Shown piece after piece: positions 37,863-50,760 of a DNA stretch of 64,000 nt. Below the pieces are notes generated by a model. That model ran no database searches. It saw only the letters and a program-made list of their open reading frames with translations, and was not told where the DNA came from. A program made the translations under genes and the position numbers. Within the stretch, counting starts at the first letter, position 1; each line of letters begins with the position of its first letter. This DNA is from Mobula hypostoma (lineage: Eukaryota): contig NC_086097.1 of assembly GCF_963921235.1 (NCBI RefSeq), forward strand, positions 235,788,001 through 235,852,000, in the 5' to 3' direction.

Positions 37863-38989
37863 AGTTCTGGTTTTAACTCTCTTTCCATCTACCTTTCAAA
37901 ATCTTTCAGCAATTTTCTACTTGCAGTTATATACAATGACAGCCTCTCCTTTACGACACACAAGCATGAATGTAGCGACGACTTGAAAACAAACTAAAAG
38001 TTGCTGTGAGGCTAAGTGAGGGAGTATCGCTCTGTGTGATGCGCTTCCAACTAACTGAATTCCAAGCTGAAAAAGTACGTTTAATCCTTTATTACAAACC
38101 AACAAAAAAATCATTCGATTCTTCTGTAATTCTTGCAAAACAAAAATGGGCAAGACAAGTGTAATTGCATCAAATTCAAATAAGGATGAGCGATCAACAA
38201 AAAAGCATGCACTCCATACTCACTCCCTCTCTATGCAATTAGGCTGGTGATGAGATGACTATATTCACTTATTTCTACCGCCACCCAAAACTACATGACA
38301 AATTCAGAGGGAGGATGAACAACACAAATAAAATACAGATAAACAATAAGTAGATACATGGCTCCTACAATGATTTCTTCCAAAGTCAATCACTGTTAAC
38401 CATTGATAGAATTAGGTGTCATTAAAATTGTACCTCTATGAATATCCAGTTACGTAATATCACTCTCAAGGCCAGGATACCATTGATGCTGCAATAGCCA
38501 CATCAATATGCAGTAAACAGCAAATAATGCATCTGGCACTAGAGCATTCTATTACACTTTAATACATTGGAGCTGGAATCATATGAATAACCTGCAGCAA
38601 GTAAACTTTGCATGGGTTAATTCTATACAATAACACTAGCGTACATCTTTCAGAGTGATATTTTCTCTTATTTTGCTTTAATACCTTTAAGTACTCATGA
38701 GGAATGGTTGGAATACATCTTTCTTGACCATTAACTCTGAATGAGCAGAACCAGAGTTGCCACAGTCACTGCTGAGGTTATGGGTCAACCAGACAGCAGA
38801 CTGCATCCCACCCTAATCCAAACAAACTTGAACAAAGTTCAAAATAAATTTATTATCAAGGTACGTACAGTATATGTCACCAAACATTACCTTGAGATTC
38901 ATTTTCTATCAGGCATTTTCATTACTGCTGACGTCAAATTAGCCCCTTGTCTCATACCGACTCATTGCGTCCCAGAATACTTTGTGAAG

Positions 38990-39290
38990 ATTGATTAAAG
39001 ATTAGCTTTATTTGTCATATGTACATCGAAGCACACAGTGAAATGCATCGTCTGTGTCAAATCAAATCAGTGGGCATTGTGCTGGGTAGCCCGTCAGTGT
39101 TGGCACGCTTCTGGCACCAACATAACGCTCCCACAACTCTCTAACATGAACCGTACACCTTTGAAATGTGGGAGAGAACCCAAGCACACAGAAGAAACCC
39201 ACATGGTCATGTGGAGAATGTGTAATGTCCTTACAGGCACTGATGGGAATTGAACCCCAATCTTACAGCTTGAGCTATAAAACATCACCC
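38990..39290 (-). mobile_element. tRNA-derived SINE (V-SINE-like)
   Basis: Reverse complement of the SINE type at 32428-32725. Confidence 0.7.
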
Positions 39291-39489
39291 TAATGAATAC
39301 ACTAGATCACTTTCATCCGTTGAAGTGTTAAATGGTCACTTTACTTCTATTTATACGGTAAAAGTATTGGGTACGTATAGCTAGGGTGCCTAAGACTTTT
39401 GCACAGTACTGTGGTAATTTTATGTATTGCACTGCACTGCTGCCACAAAAAAATCATGACAGGTGTGTCTGCAACCGTGCCAACCCCCT

Positions 39490-39892
39490 TACGAATTGAG
39501 AATTTGTGACTGGACTTACAAAGGACCGTTCACTCACAATCCCCATGCAATCTGACAGAGCTTGAGCAGTTCTGTAAAGAAAATGATGAAAAATTGCGGT
39601 TTCCAGATGTGGAAAGCTGATAGAGACCTATCCACACACCAGTAATTGCTGCCAAATGTGCATCTACTAAATACTGAATTGAAGGGGGTGAATTCTTATG
39701 CAATCAATTATATTGTGTTTTATATTTGTAATTAATTTAGATCACTTTGTGGAGATCTGTTTTCACTTTGACACAAAAGTGTCTTTTTATGTTGGTATCA
39801 GTGGCAAAAAAAGCCAAATTAAATTCACTGTGATTCAATTTTGTAAAACAATGAAACATGAGGGCTTTCAAGGGCGTGAATACATTGTATAG
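39490..39892 (+). mobile_element. Tc1 transposon 3' end
   Basis: Direct-repeat homologue of 40760-41195 (IENL...LTELEQFCKE). Confidence 0.8.
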
Positions 39893-40049
39893 GTAGAGTA
39901 TATAGCTAGGGTTCCTGAGGTGTTTGCACAGAGTGTATTTGTCAATGTGAAGCAGTTTGTAAATCTGATGGGAGCAAAGGATGTTGGGAATGGCAAGGGT
40001 GGACCGCCACAGGAGGATTGTGGGACAGATGGCAGAGAAGGAGTGCTAG

Positions 40050-41195
40050 GGCGGGGATACAAGAAAATTTCCAAGTCAACGAACTGCCACTGGCGTATAG
40101 TTAAGTCAATCATCAAGAAATTGAAAGAATATGGCACAGCTGTAAATCTGCCTTGAGCAGGCCATCCTCAAAACCTGAGTGACCATGCAAGAAGTGGACT
40201 AGTGAGGGAAGCCACCAGGAGACCTATAACAACCCTGGAGGAGTTACAAGCTTCAATGGCTGAGATGGGAGAGACTGTGCACACACCAGCTGTTCCCCAG
40301 CGGCTTCACCAGTTGCAGCTTTATGGGAGAGTGGCACACAGAAAGCCATTGTTGAAAAAAACTCACAGGAAATATCGGCTATCGCTTGCCAAAAGGCATG
40401 TGGGAGACTCTGAAGTCAGCTGGAAGAAGGTTCCTTGGTCTGATGAAACCAAAATTGAGCTTTTTGGTCATAAGCCAAACACCGCACATCATCAAAAATA
40501 CACCATCCCCACCATGAAACATGGTGTGGAGATGTTTCACTGCAGCAGGCCCTGGAAGGCTTATGAAGGTAGAGGGTAAAATGAATGCAGCAAAGTACAG
40601 GAAAATCCTGATGTAATCTGCAAGAAAACTGCGACTTGGGAGAAGATTTGTTTTCCAGCAAGACAATGACCCCAATCATAAAGCCAAAGCCACATAGGAA
40701 AGGCTTAAAAAGAACAAAGTTAATGTCCTGAATTGACTAAGTCAAAGTCCAGACCTCAATCCAATTGAAAATTTGTGGCTGGACCTGAAAAGGGCAGTTC
40801 AGTCATGATCCCTATACAATCTGACAGAGATTGATCAGTTTTTATAAAGAAGAGTGGGGAAAAATTGCAGTGTCCAAATGTGAAAAGCAGATAGAGCCTT
40901 ATCCACACAGACCCAAGGCTGTAATTGCTGCCAAAGATACATCTACTAAATACTGACTTGAAGCTACTAAATACTGACTTGAAGCAGGTGAATACTTATG
41001 CAATCAATTATTTTGTGTTTTATATTCTGATTAATTTAGATCACTTTGTAGAAACCTGTTTTCACTTTGACACAAAAAAAGTCTCTTTCTGTTGATCAGT
41101 GTCAAAAAAGCCAAATTAAATTCACTGTGATTCAAAATTGTAAAACAATAAAGCATGAAAACTTCTGGAGGGTGAGTGGTGAATACTTTTTATAC
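40050..41195 (+). mobile_element. Tc1-family transposon, decayed transposase, 5' end missing
   Basis: GYKKISK, WSDETKIELFG, FQQDNDP, SPDLNPIENLW motifs with stops and frameshifts. Confidence 0.9.
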
Positions 41196-41226
41196 TATAT
41201 ATGCACCCAAGACTTCTGCGCCGTAC

Positions 41227-41885
41227 TGTTGAGGGGTAATACATTTGGTGGAAATATACATGTAAAGCTCCGCTATATTGGCTCATATATATCTAAGGGA
41301 AAACCTGGATGCCTCCCGCTGGGTCGGTTGCTGTACCACTGTCACCGAAATTAGTCCCAAACATCAATCAGCAGGCAGCACACATACAGTACGTTTTACC
41401 AAATATACTTTATAGATATTACTAAGTCTATGAAATTAATATAAGTTCGATACAGAAACAGAAGTAATGGAAAAAGGTGCCAGACTTATCAAAGTTCAAG
41501 TTCTTTGTGCACAAGTTGGAGCTCAGAAAGTTCCTCGGGACCACCTGGACCCCATTGTCTCACGGCTCGGGACCACCCGGAGTGATGGACCGGCGCCTTC
41601 CCGCACGTCCATCGTCTCTGCCGTCTCCCGTCCGACTCCCCGCCAAAAACCTTCGTTCCCAGTCATATGGGACAGCATTATCACCCCAAGTAATGATAAC
41701 ATGAACACCCATTGGCTAATAGCACCCTGCTATCAGTATCAACCCAAGCAAATGTCTAGCTAGAGACTTTCTCAGCATTTAACATAACATAGAAGCCATT
41801 TTAATCCACATACGCAGCAGTTTAAAAGGTTAACATAACAAAGAAGCCATTTTAAATTTAACATACAAAGAAAGGACCCCGGACA
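41227..41885 (-). mobile_element. Possible solo LTR
   Basis: TGT...ACA termini with short imperfect inverted ends (TGTTGAGGGG / CCCCGGACA); TSD not clean; orientation tentative. Confidence 0.45.
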
Positions 41886-42860
41886 TACAGAATTCACAAC
41901 CACCGACATTGAGTTGGGGTTTACTTTAAGAGGCGGGTCTGACATGATTACATAATTACGTAAGGTATTTTTATCACACTTGGTGTTCAGCTTTCTGGAG
42001 TCTAATAAATGAGTTGTTATGGTTTTTTCTCAAACATAAAACACTTCACATTGTCTTATTTTGCAAAAACTTACACTGTAGATAATTGCAAAGTCCAATG
42101 GCAGTTCTTTACTAGTAGGACCTTGTAGGAAGGTGTTTGTGACATGGTGGCACACAATAAAATAGACAGATCATTTGAACTCAGCAAATGGCTTTTAATC
42201 TCTGTGGAAGGTTTACTCAGGCAATTCAGAATCAGTCCACGTTAACATACATTAGAGTGTCTGTAGCACACACCCACATTGCTAGTTAGTATCTGCTTGT
42301 CACATCCTTAAAGTTCCCAGCAGATTTTTCTCCTTCTCCTTGTATCATATTAGCTGTGTGAGGAGACCATTAGCCTGACATTTGTATCTAGACTAGTTAA
42401 TGTCATTATGATGTAGAGCCTCCCAGCAATAAAACATAAACACTGCCTTAATAAACTTGCAATAATGATACTGCAAATATGAACCTTTTGCTGTGGATTC
42501 CATAATTCATCACTGTCAGTGATGGTTGCCATGGTGTCTTCTTGCAGTTGCTTTCACAGGCAGCTACCAAGATAGTAAATGTATGCAATGATTCTACCAC
42601 TGAAGATAATTAACTGGGAGCTACGACAAAAATTTAATTTTGTTTCTTATCTGTGTATCCCAGTTCATCAGATAATAAATGTTAAGAAATTGGGAAGTGT
42701 TTGAGTTAACCATGGTGCCATATAAAAGAAAAGCAGCACTGTAAATGCCCGGTAGTGAATTGCAAGCAGTAGACTTGGTTTATTTTATGTATACAGCAGA
42801 TTTTGTCTTTGGAATTGTCTTTTCACATCTGTGTCATACTTATTCCTATTTTTGACAGCT

Positions 42861-43375
42861 TTAGAACATAAAACATAGAAAAGTACAGCACAGAACAGGC
42901 CCTTCAGCCCATAATGTTGCACCAAACCATTTAAATTGGCGATCAAAAGGCCAGCTAAACTAATCTCATCTGCCTACACAAAGTCCTGACGAAGGGTCTC
43001 AGCCTGAAACGTCGACTGTACCTCTTCCTAGAGATGCTACCTGGCCTACTGCGTTCACCAGCAACTTTGATATGTGTTGCCTACACAAAGTCCATTTTCT
43101 TCACATTCATAAATATGGATGACTTTTAAAAGTCCCTAATATATTTGCCTCTATAATCACCACTGACAGGCCGTTCCAAGTATCCACTGTTCTCTTAAAA
43201 AAAACTTGCCCCTCACATCATATTCAAAATTACCCCCTCTCTCCTTAACTGCATGCCCTCTGGTATTAGACATTTCAACCCTGGGAAAAATGATATTGTC
43301 TGTCTACTCCGTCTATGACTCCCATAATCTTACAAACCTCTGTCATATCTTTCCTCAGCCTCTGATGAGCAAAGC
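42861..43375 (-). mobile_element. CR1 3' fragment interrupted by a hammerhead-bearing insertion
   Basis: agaacataaaacatagaaa tail and CR1 C-terminal remnants. Confidence 0.75.
42982..43017 (+). ncRNA. Minimal type I hammerhead ribozyme motif (Penelope-type)
   Basis: AGTC-CTGACGA-AGG(GTCTCAG)CCT-GAAAC-GTC^GACT: stem I AGTC/GACT, intact cores, palindromic ACGT in place of helix III. Confidence 0.75.
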
Positions 43376-43653
43376 TGTAGGTTTACTTTCTGTATTTCAA
43401 GTACATTCTAAGGGTGTGGAGTATTTTATCATTTTTTGCAGAAAATTGTGTTGTGAGGGAAGCTCCTGATTTTTGATATTAAGATGCTTCTCCTGAGGTC
43501 TCCTGGATTTTGGAACCCACTGACATTCAACAGGACCACCAGCTCACTGAAGGATGTTAGTTAGTTGGAGACACAGCATGGTAACAGGACTTTCCAGCCA
43601 TCGAACCCACACCACCCTATTACACCCATGTGACCCATTAATCTACTAACCTG

Positions 43654-43846
43654 CAACACACATCAAAGTTGCTGGTGAACGCAGCAGGCCAGGCAGCATC
43701 TCTAGGAAGAGGTGCAGTCGACGTTTCAGGCCGTAAAAGTCGACTGCACCTCTTCCTAGAGATGCTGCCTGGCCTGCTGCGTTCACCAGCAACTTTGATG
43801 TGTGTTGCTTGAATTTCCAGCATCTGCAGAATTCCTGCTGTTTGCG
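43654..43846. mobile_element. Penelope-derived fold-back insertion within a minus-strand SINE
   Basis: Perfect 70-bp inverted arms 43653-43722 and 43739-43808; 14-bp TSD AATCTACTAACCTG at 43640-43653 and 43847-43860. Confidence 0.9.
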
Positions 43847-44139
43847 AATCTACTAACCTGTATGTCTTTGGAATGTGGAAGGAAACTGGATCACCTAGCA
43901 TGCACAGGGAGAACGTACAACCTCCTTACAGACAGCAGTGGGAAATCACTCACAACGTCCCTCATTCCTTACCTTTATCTCAATGTCCATCATATCATCC
44001 TTTCTCAATCAAGATTTGCATGAACTTCACCCAAAAGCACTAAATCAAATCGCTATTTCATTTGAGTATTTCTGGTATGAGCACAAACCAAAGGAAGGAA
44101 CTCACCGCATTTCAATGGTGTCCTTCAGAAGACCGTGTG

Positions 44140-44345
44140 GTGGGAATACTCCGGTTTCCTCCCACATTCCAGAGGCTTACCAGTTAGGAGTAGTAAGTTG
44201 TAGGCATGTTCTGTTAGTGTAGGAAGCGTGTTGACACCTGTGCTGCTCCCAGCACATGTCAAATGGTATTGGTCATTGGCACAAAAGCAACACATTTTAA
44301 TATATGTATTGATTTTTCAATGGACACATGACAAATAAAGCTAAC
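44140..44345 (+). mobile_element. V-SINE-like 3' fragment
   Basis: actccggtttcctcccacattcc...catgacaaataaagcta. Confidence 0.65.
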
Positions 44346-44659
44346 CTTTAATCTTTTGAACTATCCTGCCCACTGCTCTGGCATACTCTGCCTGGTCTAC
44401 ATGTTGCACAGTTTGCAGATCCAACAAAAGACTTATTAATCATCATGAAGGTCAAAGAACTACACTGGAAATAAGCTCTCCTCGGCCCTGTGTGAAAGGA
44501 GAGGATGGTGATAAATGAAGTGCAGGAACAGAAAAACAATGGTGCAATCTTTAAAGAAGTGTAGGAAAACTGTTTAAAAAGCTTTGGGCTAAAAACTTAA
44601 CCTTTACAGAATCATACATTTTACACAAAAATATATGAAAAATACATTAAAAATTTCAC

Positions 44660-46410
44660 AAACTACTGGCAGGAGGGAAGAAGCTGTTCTTCAAATGATG
44701 AGTGTGTGTCTTCAGGATCCTGTACCTCCTCCTTGACAGTAGCAATGAGAAGAGGGCATATCCTGGGTTATGTGGTCCTTAATGGTGGCTGCTGCCTTTT
44801 TAAGGCATCGCCTTTTGAAGGTGTCTGCCAAGTTGGGGAGACTAATCCCCATGATGGGGTTGGCTGAGTTTACAACTTCCTGCAGCTTTTTCCAATCCTG
44901 TGCAGCAGAGAGTGATGCATCTCCACTGTACATCTGCCAAAATTTGCAAGAGTTGCTGGTGACAGATCAAGTCTCCTCAAAATCCAAATGAAATATAGCC
45001 ACTGTCATGCCTTCTATGCAATTGCATCAATATATTGGGCCCAGGATAGATCTTCAGAGATGTTGACACCCATGAACTTGAAACTGTTCACTCTCTCTAC
45101 TGCTGATCCCTTGATGAGGACTGGAGTTTGTTCCCTTAACTTCCCCTTCCTGAAGTCCACAATCAATTCCTTCATCCTGCTGACATTGAGTAAGACACTA
45201 TTCAATTAGCTGATCTATCTCGCTTCTATACACTGTTACGTACCCCGTAACTGGGTTGCCAAACCAGCAGAAATGGACCACTTAGTTGGAATCTGGATTA
45301 CTAGAACTAAGAAAGTTTTATTAAAGAAATAAGTAACACAGTACTCTAATAGGAAGGATATAAATGCAACAGGTTAGCAATGATAAAACACACATGTACA
45401 CAGAACTTGGATAATAGGATCAATCAAGCTCTATCACAGTCTAGGGGTAAAATGATCAGTCTCAAGTGACTCAGAGTTCAGTTCAGTTTAGTTCAGTTCG
45501 CAGTAATCGCTGTTGTGCCATTGGGGAGAGAGAGAATGAATATGCAAATTCTTGATTCAAACAGACCTTGATGTTCCTCGCAGTTAGCTTTCAGGCGAGC
45601 CCTTTGTATTGTCTTCTGAAGTCACCGACTGTGACTCCTCCGTTCCGGATATGATCATTCTTCTGCAGTGAACCCGGCACCCAGGCACCCGGACACACAC
45701 ATCAGGTTCCCGCCGATTGTACCTTTCTCACCCTGTGCGTCTATGGTTGGTCCTGCGATCAGACCTCCAAAACTCCCACCAACTTGTAGGGGCACACCGC
45801 TTCCAGGGTCTCGTTATCTCGTGGTGTCGTGGTGTCTGTTGCCTTAGCGAACCTGTTCCTTTTATCCCCCTGCTGGAGTATCGCCTGTCCATCAAACTTC
45901 AAACAGTTCAGGTTCAAAGCAACCGGTCTCTGACAATACTCGGAACTGTGTCTCCTTTCGTTAATCTCTCTCGTCTCCCATTAACATTTCTGAATGTTTC
46001 CCCATTGTCTTTCTTATCGGCTTTAATCTTCTGATAACTTGGTATTTTGTCACAACACTTCCTCATCACCATCTGAAATTCTGCCAACAATTGTCACGTC
46101 ATTGATAAATTTATAGAAGGGTTTGGAGCTGTGCCTAGCCACACAGTCATGGGTGTAGAGAGAGTAGAGTAGTGGGCTAAGCACACATACTTGAGATGCG
46201 TCATTGTTGATTGTCAGTGAGGAGGAGATGTTATTTCTGATCTTTACTGACTGTGCTCTCTCAGTAAGGAAGTGAAAGATCCAATTGCAGTGGGAGGTAC
46301 AGAGGCCCAGGTTTTGGAGCTTGTTGATTAGAACTGAGAGTATGACAATGTTTAACGCTGAGTTGTAGTCAATAAACAGTAGTCTGATGTAGCTATTGTC
46401 CAGGTCATCC
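44660..46410 (-). mobile_element. Rex1/Babar RT fragment split by a solo LTR
   Basis: LLFIDYNSALN..., [37 protein letters not shown]; colinear on both sides of the LTR. Confidence 0.85.
45234..46054 (-). mobile_element. Solo LTR (Gypsy-type by 4-bp TSD), 821 bp
   Basis: TGTTAC...GTCACA termini; TSD ACAC at 45230-45233 and 46055-46058; AATAAA on the minus strand near 45317. Confidence 0.85.
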
Positions 46411-46533
46411 AAGCCACACCTCTCTCCAGATCCACCCGCACCAAACCAGACTGGAGTCTGACTCCTGCCACACAGTAGGCTTGAGCTTCTGTGTCTGAGC
46501 CTATATGGATCCGTGCATCTGTGATTGAGTGTA

Positions 46534-48193
46534 CAGGTGTCCCCCGCTTTTTGAAAGTTCGCTTTACGAAACCTCACTGTTATGAAAGACCTTCATTAGT
46601 TCCCCATTTTCGCTAACAGAAGGTGTTTTCACTGTTACGAGAAAAGGCAGCGCGCGATAAAAGCAGTGTGCAAAAAAAAAGCAGTGCGCGTCCCGAGCAG
46701 CTGCTCTCCCCGGATTCGGAACGGCATTCTCGCTGGCATTGCTCAAACACGTGCCTGTGAGCAGCCATTAGCAAGATGAGTTCTAAGGTATCGGAAAAGC
46801 CTAAAAGAGCTCGTAAGGGTGTTACACTTAGCGTAAAACTAGACATAATTAAGCGTTTCGATCGTGGTGAACGAAGTAAGGACAAAGTGAGTTTGGCTTG
46901 TGGAAGTTGACGAAGGTGATGTTGAAGAGGTTTTGGCATCTCATGACCAAAACTGATAGGTGAAGAGCAGATGCAATTGGAAGAGGAAAGGATAACAATC
47001 GAAACCGAATGCAGTAGCAAACAGACCGAAAGTGAAGTCGTCCAGGAACTGAACGTGAAGCAACTGCTTGAGTTTTTCGCTGCAATGATAAAGTACAACT
47101 TTAATATTGAAAGGGTACGTCGGTTTAGGGCATATTTGCAAGATGGTTTGAGTGCTTACAAAGAACTGTATGATAGAAAAATGCGTGAGGCTAAGCAGTC
47201 AAGCATACTGTCGTTTTACAAGCCTTCCACATCAGCCACAGCTGAGGACGAACCTCGACCTTCGACATCAAGGCAGGTAGACATAGAAGAAGATGACCTG
47301 CCTGCCCTGATCGATGATGAGATGACACCCCGGTGTCCCACCACCCCAGTGGTCCCAACCTCCGGGCCACGGACAGATACCAATTTGCGGAGAATGCAGC
47401 GGTAGCCGGGAGGCACCCAGCACATCTTTAAGAAAAAAGCCAAAATAAGCAAGCTAATTAATTAGGTGCCGCCTGGCACGTATATGTCGGCCCAGATCAG
47501 AGGCGATTGCCAATTGCGTCGCCTCTGATCTGGGCCGACATTTACGTGTCGGGCGGCACCTAATTAATTAGTTTGTTTATTTCGGCTTTTTTCTGAAAGG
47601 TGTGCTGGGTGCGACCCAGCCACCGTTGTAACCCTGCATGCTTCGCGGATCGGTATCGAGTCGCTACCCGGAGGGTGGGGGCCACTGCACCACTCCAACC
47701 TCTGACGACTCAGCTTAACACACCATCAACAGTGTGCTAGGCACTGTCTTCCCAATTCCGGTAAGTGATACTACACTGTACATACATTATTTCTACTTTA
47801 TATAGGCTGTGTATTTTTACGTGTTATTTGGTATGATTTGGCAGCTTCATAGCTTAAAGGTTACTGGAGAGCGCTTGCGCCGTGTTTTTGCTGACAGCGC
47901 TTGCGCCGTGTTTCTGCCGAGAGCGCTTGCAGTGCAGGCAATCATTGTAGAGAAGTATTTCTAATTTATATAGGCTGTGTATTTATCATATCATTCCTGC
48001 TTTTACTATATGTTACTGTTATTTTAGGTTTTATGTGTTACTTGGCATGATTTGGTAGGTTATTTTTGGGTCTGCGAACGCTCACAAATTTTTCCTATAT
48101 AAATAAATGGTAATTGCTTCTTTGCTTTATGACATTCCGGCTTACAAACTGTTTCATAGGAATGCTCTACCTTCGGATGGCGGGGGAAACCTG
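46534..48193 (+). mobile_element. Internally deleted Tigger/pogo-family DNA transposon
   Basis: TIRs CAGGTGTCCCCCGC / GCGGGGGAAACCTG with TA TSDs; ATG 46776 gives MSSKVSEKPKRARKGVTLSVKLDIIKRFDRGE (HTH start) next to an acidic C-terminus (KQSSILSFYKP); no DDE domain. Confidence 0.88.
47400..47625. repeat. Long imperfect palindrome inside the Tigger element
   Basis: ~105-bp arms, e.g. atgtcggcccagatcagaggcga / tcgcctctgatctgggccgacat, centred near 47512. Confidence 0.9.
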
Positions 48194-48339
48194 TATACAT
48201 ATTTCTAGTGTGAACTTTAATACCCTTCCAACGGAGTCTAGTATCTATTGGACCAAGCCCTTACTCGGTGAAGCCAGTGTACCAAAAGGTGTGCACTGTC
48301 TCCTCCGTGTCTAGATAAACCATGGATAGGCAACTTCTC

Positions 48340-48830
48340 AGGAATCAGGAATGCTTATTGTTTTTCTTCAATACACAAGGGTAAAGGAAAGCAAAATGAT
48401 TGTTTCTCTGGATCTGATGCAGCATTAAAAAACACAATAAGTACAAAGAACACTATGAAAACACAATAAACAGAAATACATATGGTTAGTTTATATACAT
48501 ACACTGACTGTATAGTTGTACATAAAATGATTCTGGGTACAGGAGTATGCTGACCCTGACAGGAAATGATAAAGTAGTGGTGCTGCAGTGGGTTCCTGAA
48601 GGAGGTGTTGATCAGTATGATGGCTTGGGGCAATTAATTGTTTTTTGAGTCTGGTGGTCCTGGCATGGATGCTATGTAGCCTCTTCCCTGATGGGAATGG
48701 AACAAACAGTCCATAAACAGGGTGGGTGGGATCCTTCATGATATTGCTGGCATTCTTTATACAAGTCCTTGATGATGGTAGGCTGATATTGATGATGTGT
48801 TGTGCAGTTTAACTATCCATTATAGAGCCC
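48340..48830 (-). mobile_element. Rex1/Babar 3' fragment
   Basis: MKDPTHPVYGLFVPFPSGKRLHSIHARTTRLK. Confidence 0.8.
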
Positions 48831-49504
48831 TCTATTCGACAATATTAAATTCAGGTTCTGGAATGTCAGAACCCTCGTGGACAATCTCTACAGGTTTGCA
48901 CATTACCATACTCCAGTAGTTTAGAAATTAATTTGCTTTGATATCAACAACTGCATTTTAGCTTTTTGGGTGGGAGATAGCCAGTTTAAAGAAGAAAGCT
49001 TTGATTAGTCCTCCTTTAGGAAGGGCAAACCAGAAGAGGGATATTGTCTTTATAAGTAGCTTTTCTATTGAGAACAATTGAGTCCAGCAACTTTCTCGGC
49101 AGAGGTAGTGCACCTCGCAACCTATTGGCTCACCCTAACCTGCAACAAAGATATCATGTTGTAAACGGCCCATTATGGAAACTTCAGATGAGGATAAGGA
49201 AGACATTCACTCTGACCTTGAATACATCCTGTTCGGCATCCCAAAGGGAGATAAACATCATCAAGTGGTTCCCGTTCCAGGGTGGGACAGAATACAACCT
49301 TTAGCAAGGTTATCATCAGCACAGAAAAGGTCAAGAAGACTAAACGTTCTATAAAAAGAATGCCTGAAGCACAGTCTCTTATTTCATTAGAGAGACAGAC
49401 AAAGGTACAGAGATTGACAACAACAGTGTTTTCTAAAAAGACTGCTGCTAAGCAAGTCTATGTCATCGCTTTCCACAATCTTCCGTATCAATGAAGTGGG
49501 AGGA

Positions 49505-50297
49505 GCTAAAGATGGCTCCAGATGTTTTGGCAGACCTAGGGGACAGCTTCCAGTTTAACCATGAAATAGTTTAATTTCTTCTCTTTTAATTTCTCTTAAT
49601 TTCTCTTTTTTAATTTCTCTTTGTTTTTTTCCTTTTCAAGGTGGCTGGGGCCCTGTCAGAGTTCATGATCTACAACTACGCTCAAACTGCAATTTTTCGT
49701 GGCGGATGTGTATCGCTGTCTGAACACACCGAGTGGGCTGGTGTTTACAATATCTCCGCATGCGCCTTCGGGGTGCAGCCCTGTAGATGACCCAGTTCCT
49801 CTCCGGGGATACCAACTGAAGTGTTGCAGAAGGTTGAAAATGAAACTCAGATGCTGTTGAAAGAAGGCTCTCGAGTCAGGGGAATGAGAACAAGTGACAT
49901 CGCAGATTGTGACATCGAAACAGAAAGCTGCTGGTCTCCCTCTCACCTGTTGCAAGAACAGTCCCTCTTGATCCCTCACTAGTGAGTCTGTCTAAGATGT
50001 CGAAGTGTTGGAATGGACAGAAATTTTTGATGGACTCTAGATCATGGTTACTGGTGGGCTTTGCTATTGCTTCCATATTGGGTAGCGGCGAGGGGAGTTG
50101 ATGCTTTTGCTAGAGCAAGTGAGGAGTGGGGTAGGGTTGATGCTTGTATGTAAGAGGAGGAAGGGGCAGTTTTGGGGTTCTGATGTTTTCTGTCATTCAA
50201 TCTTTAGGGTTTTCCTTCCGTTTTGTGAATGTCTGTGTAGAGTAAGGATTTCATGTGTATACCGTATACATTATCCAATTTTAAATTGAACCATTGA
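49505..50297 (+). mobile_element. Non-coding non-autonomous retroelement
   Basis: Starts at AAGATGGC and ends in a LINE-like tail taaattgaaccattgaa. Confidence 0.45.
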
Positions 50298-50760
50298 ATA
50301 TTGCACCTCACCTCCAACAAGCATTCAGGCATTCAGATAATCTTCAGAATTAAAGCAACCATTTCCTAGTACCACAGTTACTCAGACAAGCAATCTTCGA
50401 TCTGCAATTGATACAAAATGTTCAGAGGCAATCATCAATGCCTGCAAGCCCAAATCTGCCCTGTTGCCTCACCCTGCCATCCAACAATAGAGATTCACAG
50501 CAAGATCTTCAAAGTCAACGGAAAATGTATTATCAAAGTACATATATGTTACCTTATACTGACTTTAGATTCCTTTTCTTGTACAGATTTTGCAGGAAGG
50601 TAAAGGAATGCAATAGAAGTTATGAAAAACTGTACCTAAACAAAGAATGACCAACAACCAATGTGCAAAAATGACGAATTGTGCAAACGTAAATAAAATA
50701 GTGCTGGCCATATACGGCAACATTCTGCAGGCAGCTTATAAAGCTACTAAATATACATGT

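Noticed and set aside
46971..47405. 144-aa acidic ORF as a possible domesticated TIGD gene
   Set aside because: Lies between intact TIRs and lacks the catalytic domain; a transposase remnant
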